This document shows positions 29,998 through 41,653 of a stretch of DNA of 64,000 bases, piece after piece. A program made the translations under genes and the position numbers. The notes under the pieces are model-generated. The model was not told where the DNA came from, made no database searches, and was given only the letters and a program-made list of their open reading frames with translations. The stretch is taken from positions 2,706 to 66,705 of the forward strand of contig CAVYIK010000001.1 in the NCBI GenBank assembly GCA_963768625.1. The letters are read 5' to 3'. How positions within the stretch are numbered: position 1 is the stretch's first letter; the number at the start of each line of letters is the position of its first letter. Source of the DNA: an uncultured bacterium. Lineage in GTDB: Bacteria > Patescibacteriota > Minisyncoccia > UBA6257 > 2-01-FULL-56-20.

Positions 29998-30018
29998 AAG
30001 GTAAAGAAATAAGAAGCA

Positions 30019-31080
30019 ATGGATTACCAGAAAGAACTTGAAGAATTGGCGACCGATGCCCGCCGGTTAGGCGGGCGGCTTTGACCTTGCGGCCAAGGAA
30101 AAGCGGGCCAAGGAGCTTGAAGCGGATATGTCGTCCGCCGATTTTTGGAAAGATCGCGCGGCGGCGGACGGGGCGATCCGCGAGCTCGGTATTTTGAACG
30201 ATACGATCAACCGCTACCACGAGATCGAGGACGGCATCGCGGCGCTCGAAAAAGCCGGGTTCGAAAAGAACTTTGACGAAGGGAAGTTCTTCGAGCTCAA
30301 GAGGAAATTCAAGGAGTTCGAATTGAAGCAGCTTTTCGTAGGGCCCTACGACGCACAGGCGGCGGTGCTTGCGATCTATCCGGGCGCGGGCGGCGAGGAT
30401 GCGGAGGATTGGGCGCGGATGCTCGGCGCTGATGTATGAGAACTATGCCAAGCCGCCGCGGGTGGAAATTGCGTGTGATGGATGACAACCTGCGTTCGCG
30501 GACCGTAGAGATAAAAGGGGAATATGCGTACGGGTATCTGAAGAAAGAATCCGGCGTGCACCGTTTGGTGCGCATTTCGCCGTTTTCTCCGAAACAGCTC
30601 CGGCATACCTCGTTCGCGCTCGTGGAGGTGATCCCCGACCTGCCGCCGCTTGAAGAATCAAAACTGCAGATCCCGGAGAAAGACCTCAAGTTCGAATTCT
30701 ACCGTTCCGGCGGGCCGGGCGGGCAGAACGTGAACAAAGTGGAAACCGCCGTGCGCATCGTGCATGTGCCGACCGGCCTTGCGATTAGTTCGCAGGCGCA
30801 GCGTTCGCAGGCGCAGAACCGCGAATACGCCCTGAAATTGCTCAAGGCCAAGATCTACCAACTGATGGAAAAAGAGAAAGTGAGCGAGATCACCGCGCTG
30901 CGCGTAAAGGTGAAACCGGAGTGGGGGAACCAGATCCGCTCGTACGTTCTGAATCCCTATCAATTGGTCAAGGACCACCGCACGGACGTGGAAACAGGCG
31001 AAGGTGGAGGGCGTTTTGGCGGGCGATCTGGACCTTTTTATTGAAGGAGAGCTTGGAAATGTTGTAGAATCCGAACATAA
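30019..31080 (+). CDS. prfB: Peptide chain release factor 2, with the conserved programmed +1 frameshift at 30079-30085 plus three further apparent +1 frame steps (near 30425, 30453, 31003). The 3' end is uncertain (31044-31080).
   Basis: MDYQKELEELATDARRLGGRL-(TGA) then DLAAKEKRAKELEADMSSADFW...IYPGAGGEDAEDWARML / ALMYENYAK / RRGWKLRVMD...SGGPGGQNVNKVETAVRIVHVPTG (GGQ motif)...DHRTDVETGE / VEGVLAGDLDLFIEGEL. Each slash marks a frame change. Confidence 0.9.
30071..30085 (+). promoter_or_regulatory. prfB autoregulatory programmed +1 ribosomal frameshift site (CTT TGA C) with a G-rich SD-like element just upstream
   Basis: The sequence gcgggcgg CTT TGA C is in frame with ATG 30019. The in-frame TGA lies at 30082-30084, and the downstream RF2 frame starts with GAC at 30083. 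Confidence 0.85.
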
Positions 31081-31091
31081 CGGCATTCAAA

Positions 31092-31778
31092 ATGATCGTT
31101 TTCCAGGGAGTTTAAAAACATTACGGCAAACAGGGCGTGAAGCGCTTGAAGACGTCTCGTTCCAGATTGATCCGGGCGAGTTTGTTTCGCTTGCGGGGCG
31201 GTCGGGCGCCGGGCAAATCCACCGTCATCAAGCTTTTGATCGGCGAGGAGCGGCCCACCAAGGGGCGGGTGTTCTTTGGCCAGTACGAAGTGAACAAGCT
31301 GGAGGACGGGGAACTGCCCGCGTTTCGCCGGCATATCGGTGTCGTTTTCCAGGATTTTCGCCTCTTGCCGACCAAGAATGCGTACGAGAACGTGGCGTTC
31401 GCGCTCGAGGTTGCCGGCCGTCCCCAGCGGGAGATCGCGGAACTCGTGCCGCAGGTCTTGGACATGGTGGGCCTGGGCGACAAGATGAAGAACTTTCCGA
31501 GCGAGCTTTCGGGCGGCGAGCGGCAGCGGGTCGCGATCGCGCGCGCGATGATCCACCGGCCGGAGGTGGTCATTGCGGACGAGCCGACGGGCAACCTTGA
31601 CCCCTTTCACACCTTCGAGATCGTAAAATTACTTGAGAAGATCAATCAGCTGGGGACGACCGTGCTCCTCGCCACGCACGACAAAGAGGTCATCAACAGC
31701 TTGGAGCGCAGGGTGATCACGCTTGACCACGGCCGGGTCATCCGCGACGAAGCAAAAGGAAAATATATTTTAGTATAA
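31092..31778 (+). CDS. ftsE: Cell division ATP-binding protein FtsE, with two apparent frame breaks (-1 near 31113, +1 near 31214)
   Basis: MIVFQGV / [33 protein letters not shown] / KSTVIKLL (Walker A split across frames), then [14 protein letters not shown] and [12 protein letters not shown]. Confidence 0.9.
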
Positions 31779-31780
31779 CC

Positions 31781-32692
31781 ATGTTCACCGTCATCTCGCG
31801 CATCTTCCATTATGGGTTCAAGAACTTCTGGCGGAACGGATGGCTTTCCATGGCGACCGTCGCCATCATGACGCTCGCGCTCCTCGTTTTCTTTTCCCTC
31901 ATCATGTTCGGCGTGATCACGAACCAGGCCGCCGCCTCCATCCAGGACAAGATTGACATCAGCATTTACTTCACCACGAATACTTCTGAGGACCAGATAC
32001 TGAACATCCAGCAGTCGCTTGAGGGATTATCCGAGGTGCAAAGCGTGGATTATATTTCCCGCGACCAGGCGCTCGCGATCTTCAAGGCGAACCACGTGAA
32101 CGACCCGACGGTGAGCCAGGCGATCAATGAATTGGACACGAATCCGCTTGAGGCATCGCTCAATATAAAGGCGAAGGACCCGAGCCAGTACGCCGCTATC
32201 GCCCAATATTTGAGTTCGCCCGACATCGCCCAGTATCTCGACGGGCTGCCAAGCTATTACAATAACCAGACGGTCATAGACCGCCTTGCGAAGATCGTAA
32301 GCGGCGTGGAGACGGGCGGCCTCGTGATGACGATCATTCTCGCCCTGATCGCAGGACTCGTTGTCTTCAATACCATCCGCCTTGCCATCTACTCCAACCG
32401 TGAGGAGATTGGCGTCATGCGCGTTGTCGGTGCCTCGAACGCCCTAGTGCGCGGGCCGTATGTCGTGGAAGGCATGCTGTGCGGAGGGATTGCAGCGATC
32501 GCGAGCCTGATCCTCGCGGCACCCGCGCTGTATTTCGTTTCTCCCTACCTTAATGTTTTCATCCCGGGTCTCAATATTTTCCAGTATTTCTATACACATG
32601 CCGTCGCATTGCTCCTTTACGAACTGCTTTTCGGTATCGTGATCGGGGGATGCTCCAGTTTCATTGCCGTCCGGCGCTACTTGAAGAACTGA
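31781..32692 (+). CDS. ftsX: Cell division permease FtsX
   Basis: The 303-aa ORF lies directly after ftsE. FKNFWRNGWLSMATVAIMTLALLVF is followed by a periplasmic loop and three C-terminal TM helices. Confidence 0.85.
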   Translation: MFTVISRIFHYGFKNFWRNGWLSMATVAIMTLALLVFFSLIMFGVITNQAAASIQDKIDISIYFTTNTSEDQILNIQQSLEGLSEVQSVDYISRDQALAIFKANHVNDPTVSQAINELDTNPLEASLNIKAKDPSQYAAIAQYLSSPDIAQYLDGLPSYYNNQTVIDRLAKIVSGVETGGLVMTIILALIAGLVVFNTIRLAIYSNREEIGVMRVVGASNALVRGPYVVEGMLCGGIAAIASLILAAPALYFVSPYLNVFIPGLNIFQYFYTHAVALLLYELLFGIVIGGCSSFIAVRRYLKN

Positions 32693-32873
32693 CCTCGGCT
32701 GGCCAGGCGATCCATGAAGATGCATTCAAAAGTGGGGAATCGGCCGGGGCGGCCGACATACCGCACCGCCTCGCAGTTCCGGTACAAGAAGCTGCAAGCC
32801 GTACGGCGGGCGAAAGCGGATTTCCGCAGCGGCCGCTAGCAAAAACGCGGCTTTTTTGTTATCATTCTCTCGT

Positions 32874-33611
32874 ATGTTGCAAATTTCTCTCCGCGCAGAA
32901 GAGATTTTTCGTATAGGAAGCTTCCCGGTCACGAACGCGCTCTTTATGGCGACGCTCGTTTTTTTGCTGCTTGTCGTGCTTGCGGTGGTCTTGAATCGCC
33001 GCCTCGCCCTCATGCCGGGCATGGCGCAGAACATCTTCGAGTTGTTTATCGACGGGGCGCTCGGCATCATGGATTCGGTCCTCGGCAACCGGCGCACTTC
33101 CGAAAAGTACCTCCCGCTTGTCTTCACGATCTTCCTTTTCATCCTTTGCTCCAACTGGCTCGGCCTTCTCCCTGGCGTGGGTTCCATCCTCGTGCACCAG
33201 GGGAAGGAGGCGGTGCCGCTTTTGCGTTCCCCCGCAAGCGACCTCAACTTCACGCTTGCGCTCGCCTTGATCGCGATGACCTTTGTGAACTTCGCAAGTT
33301 CGGTCGCGATCGGTTTCCGGGCCCGGCTCTCGGCCTTCTTCAATTTCAAGGGGCCGATCGACTTTTTCATCGGCATCCTTGAACTTGTCTCAGAATTTGG
33401 TAAAATCATCTCGTTGACGTTCCGGCTCTTCGGCAACGTCTTCGCGGGGGAGGTGCTCTTGGCCATCATGGCCTTTTTGGTTCCGTACGCAGTGCCGCTC
33501 CCTTTCATGTTCCTCGAGATATTCGTCGGGTTCATCCAGGCCTTCGTGTTCGGGATGCTCACCACGGTGTTCGTCGCCATGGCGAGCATTCACGGCGAAG
33601 AAGCGCATTAA
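32874..33611 (+). CDS. atpB: F0F1 ATP synthase subunit a
   Basis: LLPGVGSI... and ...SLTFRLFGNVFAGEVLL (conserved Arg) are present. The start is taken at ATG 32874 (MLQISLRAEEIF...) rather than the TTG at 32856. Confidence 0.9.
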   Translation: MLQISLRAEEIFRIGSFPVTNALFMATLVFLLLVVLAVVLNRRLALMPGMAQNIFELFIDGALGIMDSVLGNRRTSEKYLPLVFTIFLFILCSNWLGLLPGVGSILVHQGKEAVPLLRSPASDLNFTLALALIAMTFVNFASSVAIGFRARLSAFFNFKGPIDFFIGILELVSEFGKIISLTFRLFGNVFAGEVLLAIMAFLVPYAVPLPFMFLEIFVGFIQAFVFGMLTTVFVAMASIHGEEAH

Positions 33612-33642
33612 AAGGTCGATAATTACCAATAAAAACATATTC

Positions 33643-33874
<232 letters not shown>

Positions 33875-33894
33875 GTTCACTTTTTCTTTTCGCA

Positions 33895-34398
33895 ATGCAG
33901 CAATTGCTCGATCAATTGGGAATCGATTGGCACCTGCTTTTGAGCCAGGCGGTCAATTTTTTCCTGCTCCTCGTCATCTTGCGTATTTTCGTCTACAAGC
34001 CGCTTTTGAAGCTTTTGCACGAGCGGCAGGCGCGGATTGAGGAAGGGCTCACGAAGGCCGACGAGGCGGACAAGCGGTTGCTTGAAGTGGAAGAGATCGG
34101 AAAGGAGAAGATCAAGACGGCGGAAACGGAAGCGGTGGGGATATTGAGGAAGACCGAGGGCGGAGCGAAGGAACTGGAAGCCAAACTCCTTGCCGAGATG
34201 AAGCGGAAAGAAACTGAAGAACTTGCAACGAAGGCAGCGTTGCTCCGCGCACAAGAAGAGGATTCGCGCCGGGCAATGGAAAAGGAAGCGGCGGCGATGG
34301 TCAAGCGGGCGATCGCGAGGACCGTCGAGCTCTCGCCGGACAAGATTGACGATGCCCTGATCGCGAAGGCAGTGAAAGAAATGAAACAAGGCGCATGA
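33895..34398 (+). CDS. atpF: F0F1 ATP synthase subunit b
   Basis: An N-terminal TM helix (WHLLLSQAVNFFLLLVILRIFVY) is followed by a long charged helix. The operon position fits. Confidence 0.85.
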   Translation: MQQLLDQLGIDWHLLLSQAVNFFLLLVILRIFVYKPLLKLLHERQARIEEGLTKADEADKRLLEVEEIGKEKIKTAETEAVGILRKTEGGAKELEAKLLAEMKRKETEELATKAALLRAQEEDSRRAMEKEAAAMVKRAIARTVELSPDKIDDALIAKAVKEMKQGA

Positions 34399-34770
34399 AA
34401 TACCCTGCACACATTTACGCAAAAGCGCTTGCCGAGGCGATCACCGCCCCGGGCGCACGCGCGGAAGTGATCGCGAAAGAATTTCATGGCGCTTCTTGCG
34501 AAGAACGGCGACGAAGTGCATGCGCGGAAGATCCTTGAGGAAGCGGCCCGGTTTGCGCGGGGGAAGGAAGGGATCCGCAAGGTAGTGTTGGAATCGGCCC
34601 GTCCGCTCACGGCGCAGCAGAAAAAAGATCTGACACAATTTATGAAGCCGAACGATCTGGTTCGGGAGCAGGTAAACCCCGATCTCGTTGCGGGGCTGCG
34701 GATCTTCGTGGATGACAAACGCGCATTCGACAGTTCGCTCAAGGGGAAATTGGACACTATTTTTCAATAA
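34395..34770 (+). CDS. atpH: F0F1 ATP synthase subunit delta (short form), with one apparent +1 frame step near 34485
   Basis: ATG 34395 overlaps the atpF stop (ATGA). MKYPAHIYAKALAEAITAPGARAEVIAKEF joins MALLAKNGDEVHARKILEE...DLVAGLRIFVDDKRAFDSSLKGKL. Confidence 0.75.
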
Positions 34771-34791
34771 CAAAACACCAAGAGCAAGCAC

Positions 34792-36318
34792 ATGGCATAC
34801 GAAATAATCGAAAAATTAAAACGCGAGATCGAAGGATATAGGGACAAGCCCGAATGGCATGAAGTTGGCCGCGTGCTTGAGGTGGGCGACGGCATCATAA
34901 AGATCCTCGGTTTGGAGAACGCGGTAAGCCAGGAAATTTTGACGATCGAAACCGCGAAGGGCCCGCGCGCGGCGCTTGCCCTTAGCTTGGAAGAAGAATC
35001 CATTGGGGCGCTTGTCCTCGACGATTTCTTGGCGATCGAGGTCGGGAACACCGTGAAGCGCACCGGCACTGTCCTTTCAATAGCGGTGGGCGACGAGCTC
35101 ATCGGCCGCGTGATCGATCCCTTGGGGAACCCGCAGGATGGCAAAGGGCCGGTTTTCAAAGCGGGCGCTACCGTGCAGCGCAATCCGCTCGAAGCCCGAG
35201 CACCCTCGGTCTTGGAGCGCGAGTCGGTGAATACGCCGCTCCACACCGGCCTGAAATCCATTGACTCAATGATCCCGATCGGCCGCGGTCAGCGCGAGCT
35301 CATCATCGGCGACCGCCAGGTGGGGAAGACCGCGCTTGCGTTGGACGCCATTTTAAATCAATTGAACGACAAGGGCCGCCGTACGCCGGTTTGCATCTAT
35401 GTGGCGATCGGCCAGAAGGAATCCAAGATCGTGAAGATCGCGGAGACGCTCAAAAAATTCGACGCCTTGAAGTATAGCATCATCGTTTCCGCATCGGCAT
35501 CGTCGCCCGCGGCCTTGTGGTATCTTGCGCCTTATGCCGGCTGCGCGATCGGCGAATATTTCAGAGACAAGGGCATGGACGCGCTCGTCGTGTACGACGA
35601 TCTTTCAAAGCACGCGTGGGCATACCGGCAGATCTCGCTCTTGCTCCGCCGTCCGCCGGGCCGCGAGGCATATCCGGGCGACATCTTCTATCTCCACTCG
35701 CGCCTTCTGGAACGCGCCGCGAAACTTTCAAAGGAAAAAGGTGGCGGGTCTTTGACCGCATTGCCGATCGTGGAGACGCAGCTCGGTGACGTCACGGCGT
35801 ATATCCCGACAAACATCATCTCCATAACCGACGGACAGATCTATCTGGAAAGCGACCTTTTCTACCAGGGTTTGCGTCCGGCTTTGAACGTAGGCATTTC
35901 CGTGTCGCGTGTGGGTTCCGCGGCGCAGACGAAGGCCATGAAGAGGGTGGCGGGCCGCCTGCGCTTGGCACTCGCGCAGTTCCGCGAGCTCCAAGCGTTC
36001 GTGCAGTTCGCGACCGACGTGGACGACGCAACGAAGAAAAAAATATTGCAGGGCCAGAAGATAAACGAGATATTGAAACAGGAAGACCTCGCGCCGTTGC
36101 CGTTCGAGACGCAGGTGTGCATTTTCTACGCGGTCTTGAACAATTACTTCGAAAATGTGGCCGTAGAGGACATTAAAAAAACGGAAAACGGCATGGTGGA
36201 GCATCTCGGGCGACTGCACGAAGAAGATATCTTGAAGCCCATCCGCGAAACGGGGGAGTTGAGCGAAGCGGTCGAAGGAAAATTAAAGGAAGCCATCGGG
36301 CGCTTCTTGGGAAAATAA
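34792..36318 (+). CDS. atpA: F0F1 ATP synthase subunit alpha
   Basis: GDRQVGKT (P-loop), YDDLSKHAWAYRQISLLLRRPPGREAYPGDIFYLHSRLLERA and ITDGQIYLE are present. Confidence 0.97.
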   Translation: MAYEIIEKLKREIEGYRDKPEWHEVGRVLEVGDGIIKILGLENAVSQEILTIETAKGPRAALALSLEEESIGALVLDDFLAIEVGNTVKRTGTVLSIAVGDELIGRVIDPLGNPQDGKGPVFKAGATVQRNPLEARAPSVLERESVNTPLHTGLKSIDSMIPIGRGQRELIIGDRQVGKTALALDAILNQLNDKGRRTPVCIYVAIGQKESKIVKIAETLKKFDALKYSIIVSASASSPAALWYLAPYAGCAIGEYFRDKGMDALVVYDDLSKHAWAYRQISLLLRRPPGREAYPGDIFYLHSRLLERAAKLSKEKGGGSLTALPIVETQLGDVTAYIPTNIISITDGQIYLESDLFYQGLRPALNVGISVSRVGSAAQTKAMKRVAGRLRLALAQFRELQAFVQFATDVDDATKKKILQGQKINEILKQEDLAPLPFETQVCIFYAVLNNYFENVAVEDIKKTENGMVEHLGRLHEEDILKPIRETGELSEAVEGKLKEAIGRFLGK

Positions 36319-36333
36319 TTTAAGGGAAATAAC

Positions 36334-37269
36334 ATGGAATCCACGCAAAACCTCAAGCGGCGCATGAAGAGCGTCCAGAATATCGGCCAGATCACGAAGG
36401 CGATGGAGCTCGTGGCAGCCACGAAGATGCGCCGCGCGCAGGAGCTCGCGCTCACGTCCCGTCCATATTCGTACACGGGGCTTGAACTTCTGGGCATCCT
36501 CTCCGGCCTCAAGGACGTACCATTGCCGGAGATCCTCCAGAAGCGTCCCGTCCTCACTACCACTTTTTTGATAGTGACCTCCGACAAAGGTCTCGCAGGG
36601 TCGTTCAACGGTGCGGTCATCCGGCGGTTCGAACAATACGTGGCGGCGGAGAAGATCAACCTTCATGACCCGAGATATTCCTTCGTCGCGATTGGCCAGA
36701 AGGCAAAGAATTATCTTGACCGCCGGAAACTGCCTGTCGCAGGTGTTTTCACGCGCATCGGGGATTTCACAAAGCCGGAAGAGGCGGAACCCGTTGCGGA
36801 ATATCTCATTGACGGCTATGCAAAGCACCGCTTTGACAGCGCCATCGTATTCTTCGCGACGTTCGTGACGGCCCTGCGGCAGGATGCGGTGTTCCGCGAA
36901 CTCTTGCCTGTCGATTATGAAGCGATCAAGCGGTCCATTGAAGACACGATTCCGCGCGCCGGCCGCTACTCCAATTACGCGCAGTCAGAGTCGTTCTTCG
37001 AGGAGCGGGAACGAGATTATCTGATCGAGCCCTCGCCTGCGGAGGTCTTGGAAGAACTTGCGCCGATACTGCTCAAGACGCGCGTTTATCATATGATCTT
37101 GGAAGCGAACGCCTCCGAGCATTCTGCGCGGCGCGTGGCGATGAAAAACGCGTCGGAGAACGCCGGCGAGCTTTCCACGGGCCTCAACGTCGAATACAAT
37201 AAATCACGCCAGGCGGCGATCACGCGCGAGCTCATCGAGGTCGCTTCCGGTGCGCAAGCATTGAATTAA
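36334..37269 (+). CDS. atpG: F0F1 ATP synthase subunit gamma
   Basis: MKSVQNIGQITKAMELVAATKMRRAQ... and ...YNKSRQAAITRELIEVASGAQAL are present. Confidence 0.95.
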   Translation: MESTQNLKRRMKSVQNIGQITKAMELVAATKMRRAQELALTSRPYSYTGLELLGILSGLKDVPLPEILQKRPVLTTTFLIVTSDKGLAGSFNGAVIRRFEQYVAAEKINLHDPRYSFVAIGQKAKNYLDRRKLPVAGVFTRIGDFTKPEEAEPVAEYLIDGYAKHRFDSAIVFFATFVTALRQDAVFRELLPVDYEAIKRSIEDTIPRAGRYSNYAQSESFFEERERDYLIEPSPAEVLEELAPILLKTRVYHMILEANASEHSARRVAMKNASENAGELSTGLNVEYNKSRQAAITRELIEVASGAQALN

Positions 37270-38893
<1,624 letters not shown>

Positions 38894-38897
<4 letters not shown>

Positions 38898-39328
38898 CGG
38901 GAAGAATTCTCTCGCTGAAGTCGCCGCAAGAACACTACCATGCAGATGCATGTATCTTGTGGTGTTTCGATGACCGTCTTTGGAGGCTGCGGAAAGCGTT
39001 CATCAAAGAGAGAAAGTTCAAGAATGTGGACGTCGTTCAGGTCGCAGGCGGCGCAAAGTCACTCGCTGAAGAGGGGACTCCTGGCCAGCGATTTTTATTG
39101 GATCAGGTGGCTGCGTCCATACGGTTGCACGGTACCGGCCTTGTCATACCAACCCTGCATATTGATTGCGGTGCGATGGGCGGGTCCAGAACCTTCGATG
39201 CCCATAGTGCCGAGGAAGCACATCATCAAATCACTCTCAATAAGATTGATGCGGTGCTGAAGCGCGAGTTTCCTCAGGCCGCCGTAGAGCGTTACGTGTC
39301 CGACTTCGACGGCCTTTACCGAGCCTAA
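38894..39328 (+). CDS. Hypothetical protein with beta-carbonic-anhydrase-like motif layout (CxDxR ... AGG ... HxxCGA), translationally coupled to atpC
   Basis: An ATGA overlap joins it to atpC. ILWCFDDRL, VQVAGGAKS and IPTLHIDCGAMGG mirror the C-x-D-x-R / G-H-x-x-C-G arrangement of beta-class carbonic anhydrases. The assignment is not verified. Confidence 0.4.
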
Positions 39329-39350
39329 ATTAGCCTTAAAAGTTCCCTAA

Positions 39351-39385
39351 GAGCCGAGAGATTCTCCCGGCCCTTTTTATTTTTG
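39351..39385 (+). terminator. Probable rho-independent terminator ending the atp operon
   Basis: gagccgagag-att-ctcccggccc (10-bp stem with two mismatches) is followed by tttttattttt. Confidence 0.55.
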
Positions 39386-39397
39386 CCCCCGCCGGTT

Positions 39398-39403
39398 TAT
39401 AAT
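39398..39403 (+). promoter_or_regulatory. Candidate -10 box TATAAT, 10 nt upstream of the ATG at 39414
   Basis: The sequence reads ccggtttataatgataatccttATGgca. Confidence 0.45.
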
Positions 39404-39413
39404 GATAATCCTT

Positions 39414-40115
39414 ATGGCAAAACACTTTCTCGGTAAGCGACTTCTTGTCTTTACCGCTCATCCGGATGACGAGGGGCTTGCGGCGGGCACAATGTATGCG
39501 AACCACAAAGCGGGCGGTGAGACGTTCCTTGTCTGCGCGACGTATGGCGAAAAAGGGAAATCAAATCTCAAGCGCCATCTTTCGGATGCGGCGCTCGCGC
39601 GCGTCCGCAAGAAAGAACTTTTGAAAGCCGCGAAAGTGCTGCGTATAAATAAGGTGATTTTCTTCGGCCTGCCGGATACAAAGGTTCGGGAGAATGCGAA
39701 GGCGCTTTATAAAAAAGGACTCGCCCTCGTTCAGAAGATAAAGCCGGACTATATCTTGAGCTTCGGGCCGGAAGGGATCAGCGCGCACTGGGATCACATC
39801 ACGGTCGGCAGGATTGCTTTGAAGATCGCAAAACGCATGAAGATACCACTTGCGGCATTCACGCTTTCCGATGAGATGCGGGTGCAGCGCCGACGAAAAG
39901 AATTCTTTTTGCGCCGCAGGAAGTTCGGCAGCTATGCGGGATTCCCAAAGCACCGCAAGGCCGACATTATGATAGCGATCAATCCCCGCGTGAAACGGCG
40001 GGCGATGAGTTTCCATGTATCGCAATTTGCCGGCAGAGTCCCGTTCACGGCGCCGCTCCAAAAGATCGCCCCTAGGATGTTCCGCTACGAATATTTCGTG
40101 AAGGAAAAGATATGA
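39414..40115 (+). CDS. PIG-L/LmbE-family N-acetylglucosaminyl deacetylase
   Basis: LLVFTAHPDDEGLAAG (AHPDDE motif) and ...HWDHITVG are present. The start is taken at MAKHFLG. Confidence 0.85.
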   Translation: MAKHFLGKRLLVFTAHPDDEGLAAGTMYANHKAGGETFLVCATYGEKGKSNLKRHLSDAALARVRKKELLKAAKVLRINKVIFFGLPDTKVRENAKALYKKGLALVQKIKPDYILSFGPEGISAHWDHITVGRIALKIAKRMKIPLAAFTLSDEMRVQRRRKEFFLRRRKFGSYAGFPKHRKADIMIAINPRVKRRAMSFHVSQFAGRVPFTAPLQKIAPRMFRYEYFVKEKI

Positions 40116-40369
40116 CGAGCTTCAAAGAAAAAGTGTATGCGGTGGTCGCGAAGATCCCGCGCGGGAAGACGATGACCTATAAAGAGGTCGCGCGGCGGGC
40201 GGGAAGCCCGCGGGCATATCGCGCGGTGGGGAATATCATGAACAAGAACCCCGATCCGAAGCGTGTGCCCTGCCATCGCGTGGTGCGTTCGGACGGCGAT
40301 CCGGGCGGATTTGCGCGGGGCAGAAAAAAGAAGATAATGATGTTGAAGCGCGAAGGCGCTCTATTATGA
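40112..40369 (+). CDS. Methylated-DNA--protein-cysteine methyltransferase (MGMT/Ogt) DNA-binding/active-site domain protein
   Basis: IPRGKTMTYKEVARRAGSPRAYRAVGNIMNKNP...VPCHRVVRSDG carries the PCHR active-site motif. At 85 aa it is a single domain. Confidence 0.85.
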   Translation: MTSFKEKVYAVVAKIPRGKTMTYKEVARRAGSPRAYRAVGNIMNKNPDPKRVPCHRVVRSDGDPGGFARGRKKKIMMLKREGALL

Positions 40370-40803
40370 AAGCCCTCAAGGTATTCGTCATCATCTTTGC
40401 GGTCGTGATCGTGGTCCTTTTTGGACTTTTGATCCTTGTAAAACCGGCCCAGGGGCCCACGGTGCCTGCAACGTCGTCCGATGGGCATTTGGTCGTTACC
40501 GCCCCGCTTCAGGATGTCGTCGTTTCATCGCCCCTCGCCATTTCCGGAACCGTGACCGGCGGCGGATGGTTCTTTGAAGCAGTCTTCCCGGTCAAAGTGC
40601 TTGATGGCGACGGGACCGTTCTTGGCGAAGGCCAGGCGCAGGCGCAAAGCGATTGGATGACAACGGGCACCGTGCCGTTCGCGGCGAGCATCGCTTTTTC
40701 CGCGCCGAAGTATGCGACTGGTACGATTCTGTTTGCGAAAGATAATCCTTCCGGCATGCCGCAGAACGCCGGTGAGCTCCGGCTCCTGGTGAGATTTAGA
40801 TAA
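40366..40803 (+). CDS. Membrane-anchored/secreted Gmad2 Ig-like domain protein
   Basis: An N-terminal TM helix is followed by PLAISGTVTGGGWFFEAVFPVKVLDGDGTVLGEGQAQAQSDWMTTGTVPF. Confidence 0.7.
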   Translation: MKALKVFVIIFAVVIVVLFGLLILVKPAQGPTVPATSSDGHLVVTAPLQDVVVSSPLAISGTVTGGGWFFEAVFPVKVLDGDGTVLGEGQAQAQSDWMTTGTVPFAASIAFSAPKYATGTILFAKDNPSGMPQNAGELRLLVRFR

Positions 40804-40819
40804 AAAAAGGACCCTGAGT

Positions 40820-41536
40820 TCAACTGGGTCCTTGGGGAACAGAGGAGGAGTCGCACAGCCCGATGCGGCTTGCAACTTCTCGGAAAATATCGAATTGTCT
40901 TTCCGGCTTGATTTTGAATCGGCGGCTGAACTTCTTGATCGCTGCGTTGATCGCCAAGCGCCATACCTCCGCGTCATCGCTGCCGCCGAGGAGAAGGTGA
41001 AGCTCCCGTGCTTTTCCCTCGATCTTCGCGAGCTTCTTTTCTCTGACGGTGGTCATGGGCTGCTTAGGGCCGATGGTTGTGCGGTCCGCAGCGTGGAGCT
41101 CGTTAAGTCCAAGGCTGATCTGCCGGGGGCCGCTATACATTTTAAGAAGCTGATCTCGGAGATAGGCCCATTGTCCTTCGGGGAGGCATTCAACCGATCC
41201 CCAGGTGGACGCAATGGTTTGCCCTATCAACTTAAACAGCTCGGCGTCTGTGAGCGATTGCCCGCGATTGCTCCGGACAAACTCTTTGGCTCTTTCCCGG
41301 AGAAGAAGATAGCCCTGCCGCAGTTCTTCTTCTGGTACGGCTGCCGAACGAACGACGCGAGCGCCGCGAAGCGCTGCCATCGCCGCATAATGAACTTCAG
41401 GCCGGTAATTTTTGATATCGAGAGAATCCATGGCTTTCCATACAGCATTGGTCGTGGAAAGTTTAGGGTTGCTCTTCTTGAACCTGATCGCCCGTTCTGC
41501 GATCTTTTCTAACCTTTCCTTCTCGATTACGATCAT
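40820..41536 (-). CDS. Hypothetical protein
   Basis: The 238-aa ORF is helical and charged. No motif was recognised. Confidence 0.55.
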   Translation of the reverse strand: MIVIEKERLEKIAERAIRFKKSNPKLSTTNAVWKAMDSLDIKNYRPEVHYAAMAALRGARVVRSAAVPEEELRQGYLLLRERAKEFVRSNRGQSLTDAELFKLIGQTIASTWGSVECLPEGQWAYLRDQLLKMYSGPRQISLGLNELHAADRTTIGPKQPMTTVREKKLAKIEGKARELHLLLGGSDDAEVWRLAINAAIKKFSRRFKIKPERQFDIFREVASRIGLCDSSSVPQGPS

Positions 41537-41653
41537 AGCCGCTCCTCTCGCTCAAGCTCCCCGAAGTGTAACATATTTGCTAGGGAAAGTCAAATCAGAT
41601 TCTGGAGCGTATAATAAAGCAAAGGCCGAAAAACGAGCCGATTACTCATTTTC

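Noticed and set aside
29773-30004. Two ORFs on opposite strands that both begin MASRR and share REAMSFSLP
   Set aside because: They are mirror images created by the 31-bp perfect palindrome. Both overlap the tRNA-Thr gene or the prfB promoter, with no other coding evidence.
32693-32873. Possible atpI or other small gene in the ftsX-atpB spacer
   Set aside because: There is no ORF with a hydrophobic AtpI-like profile or credible start. The region contains only a weak hairpin plus T-run (about 32832-32857), which more likely terminates ftsX.
32726-33589. 287-aa minus-strand ORF
   Set aside because: It is antisense to the clearly identified ATP synthase a subunit gene, has a low-complexity Ser/Lys/Arg-rich translation and no motif.
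33993-34757. 254-aa minus-strand ORF over atpF/atpH
   Set aside because: It is antisense to the atp operon genes. It is Ser/Ala/Arg-rich shadow sequence.
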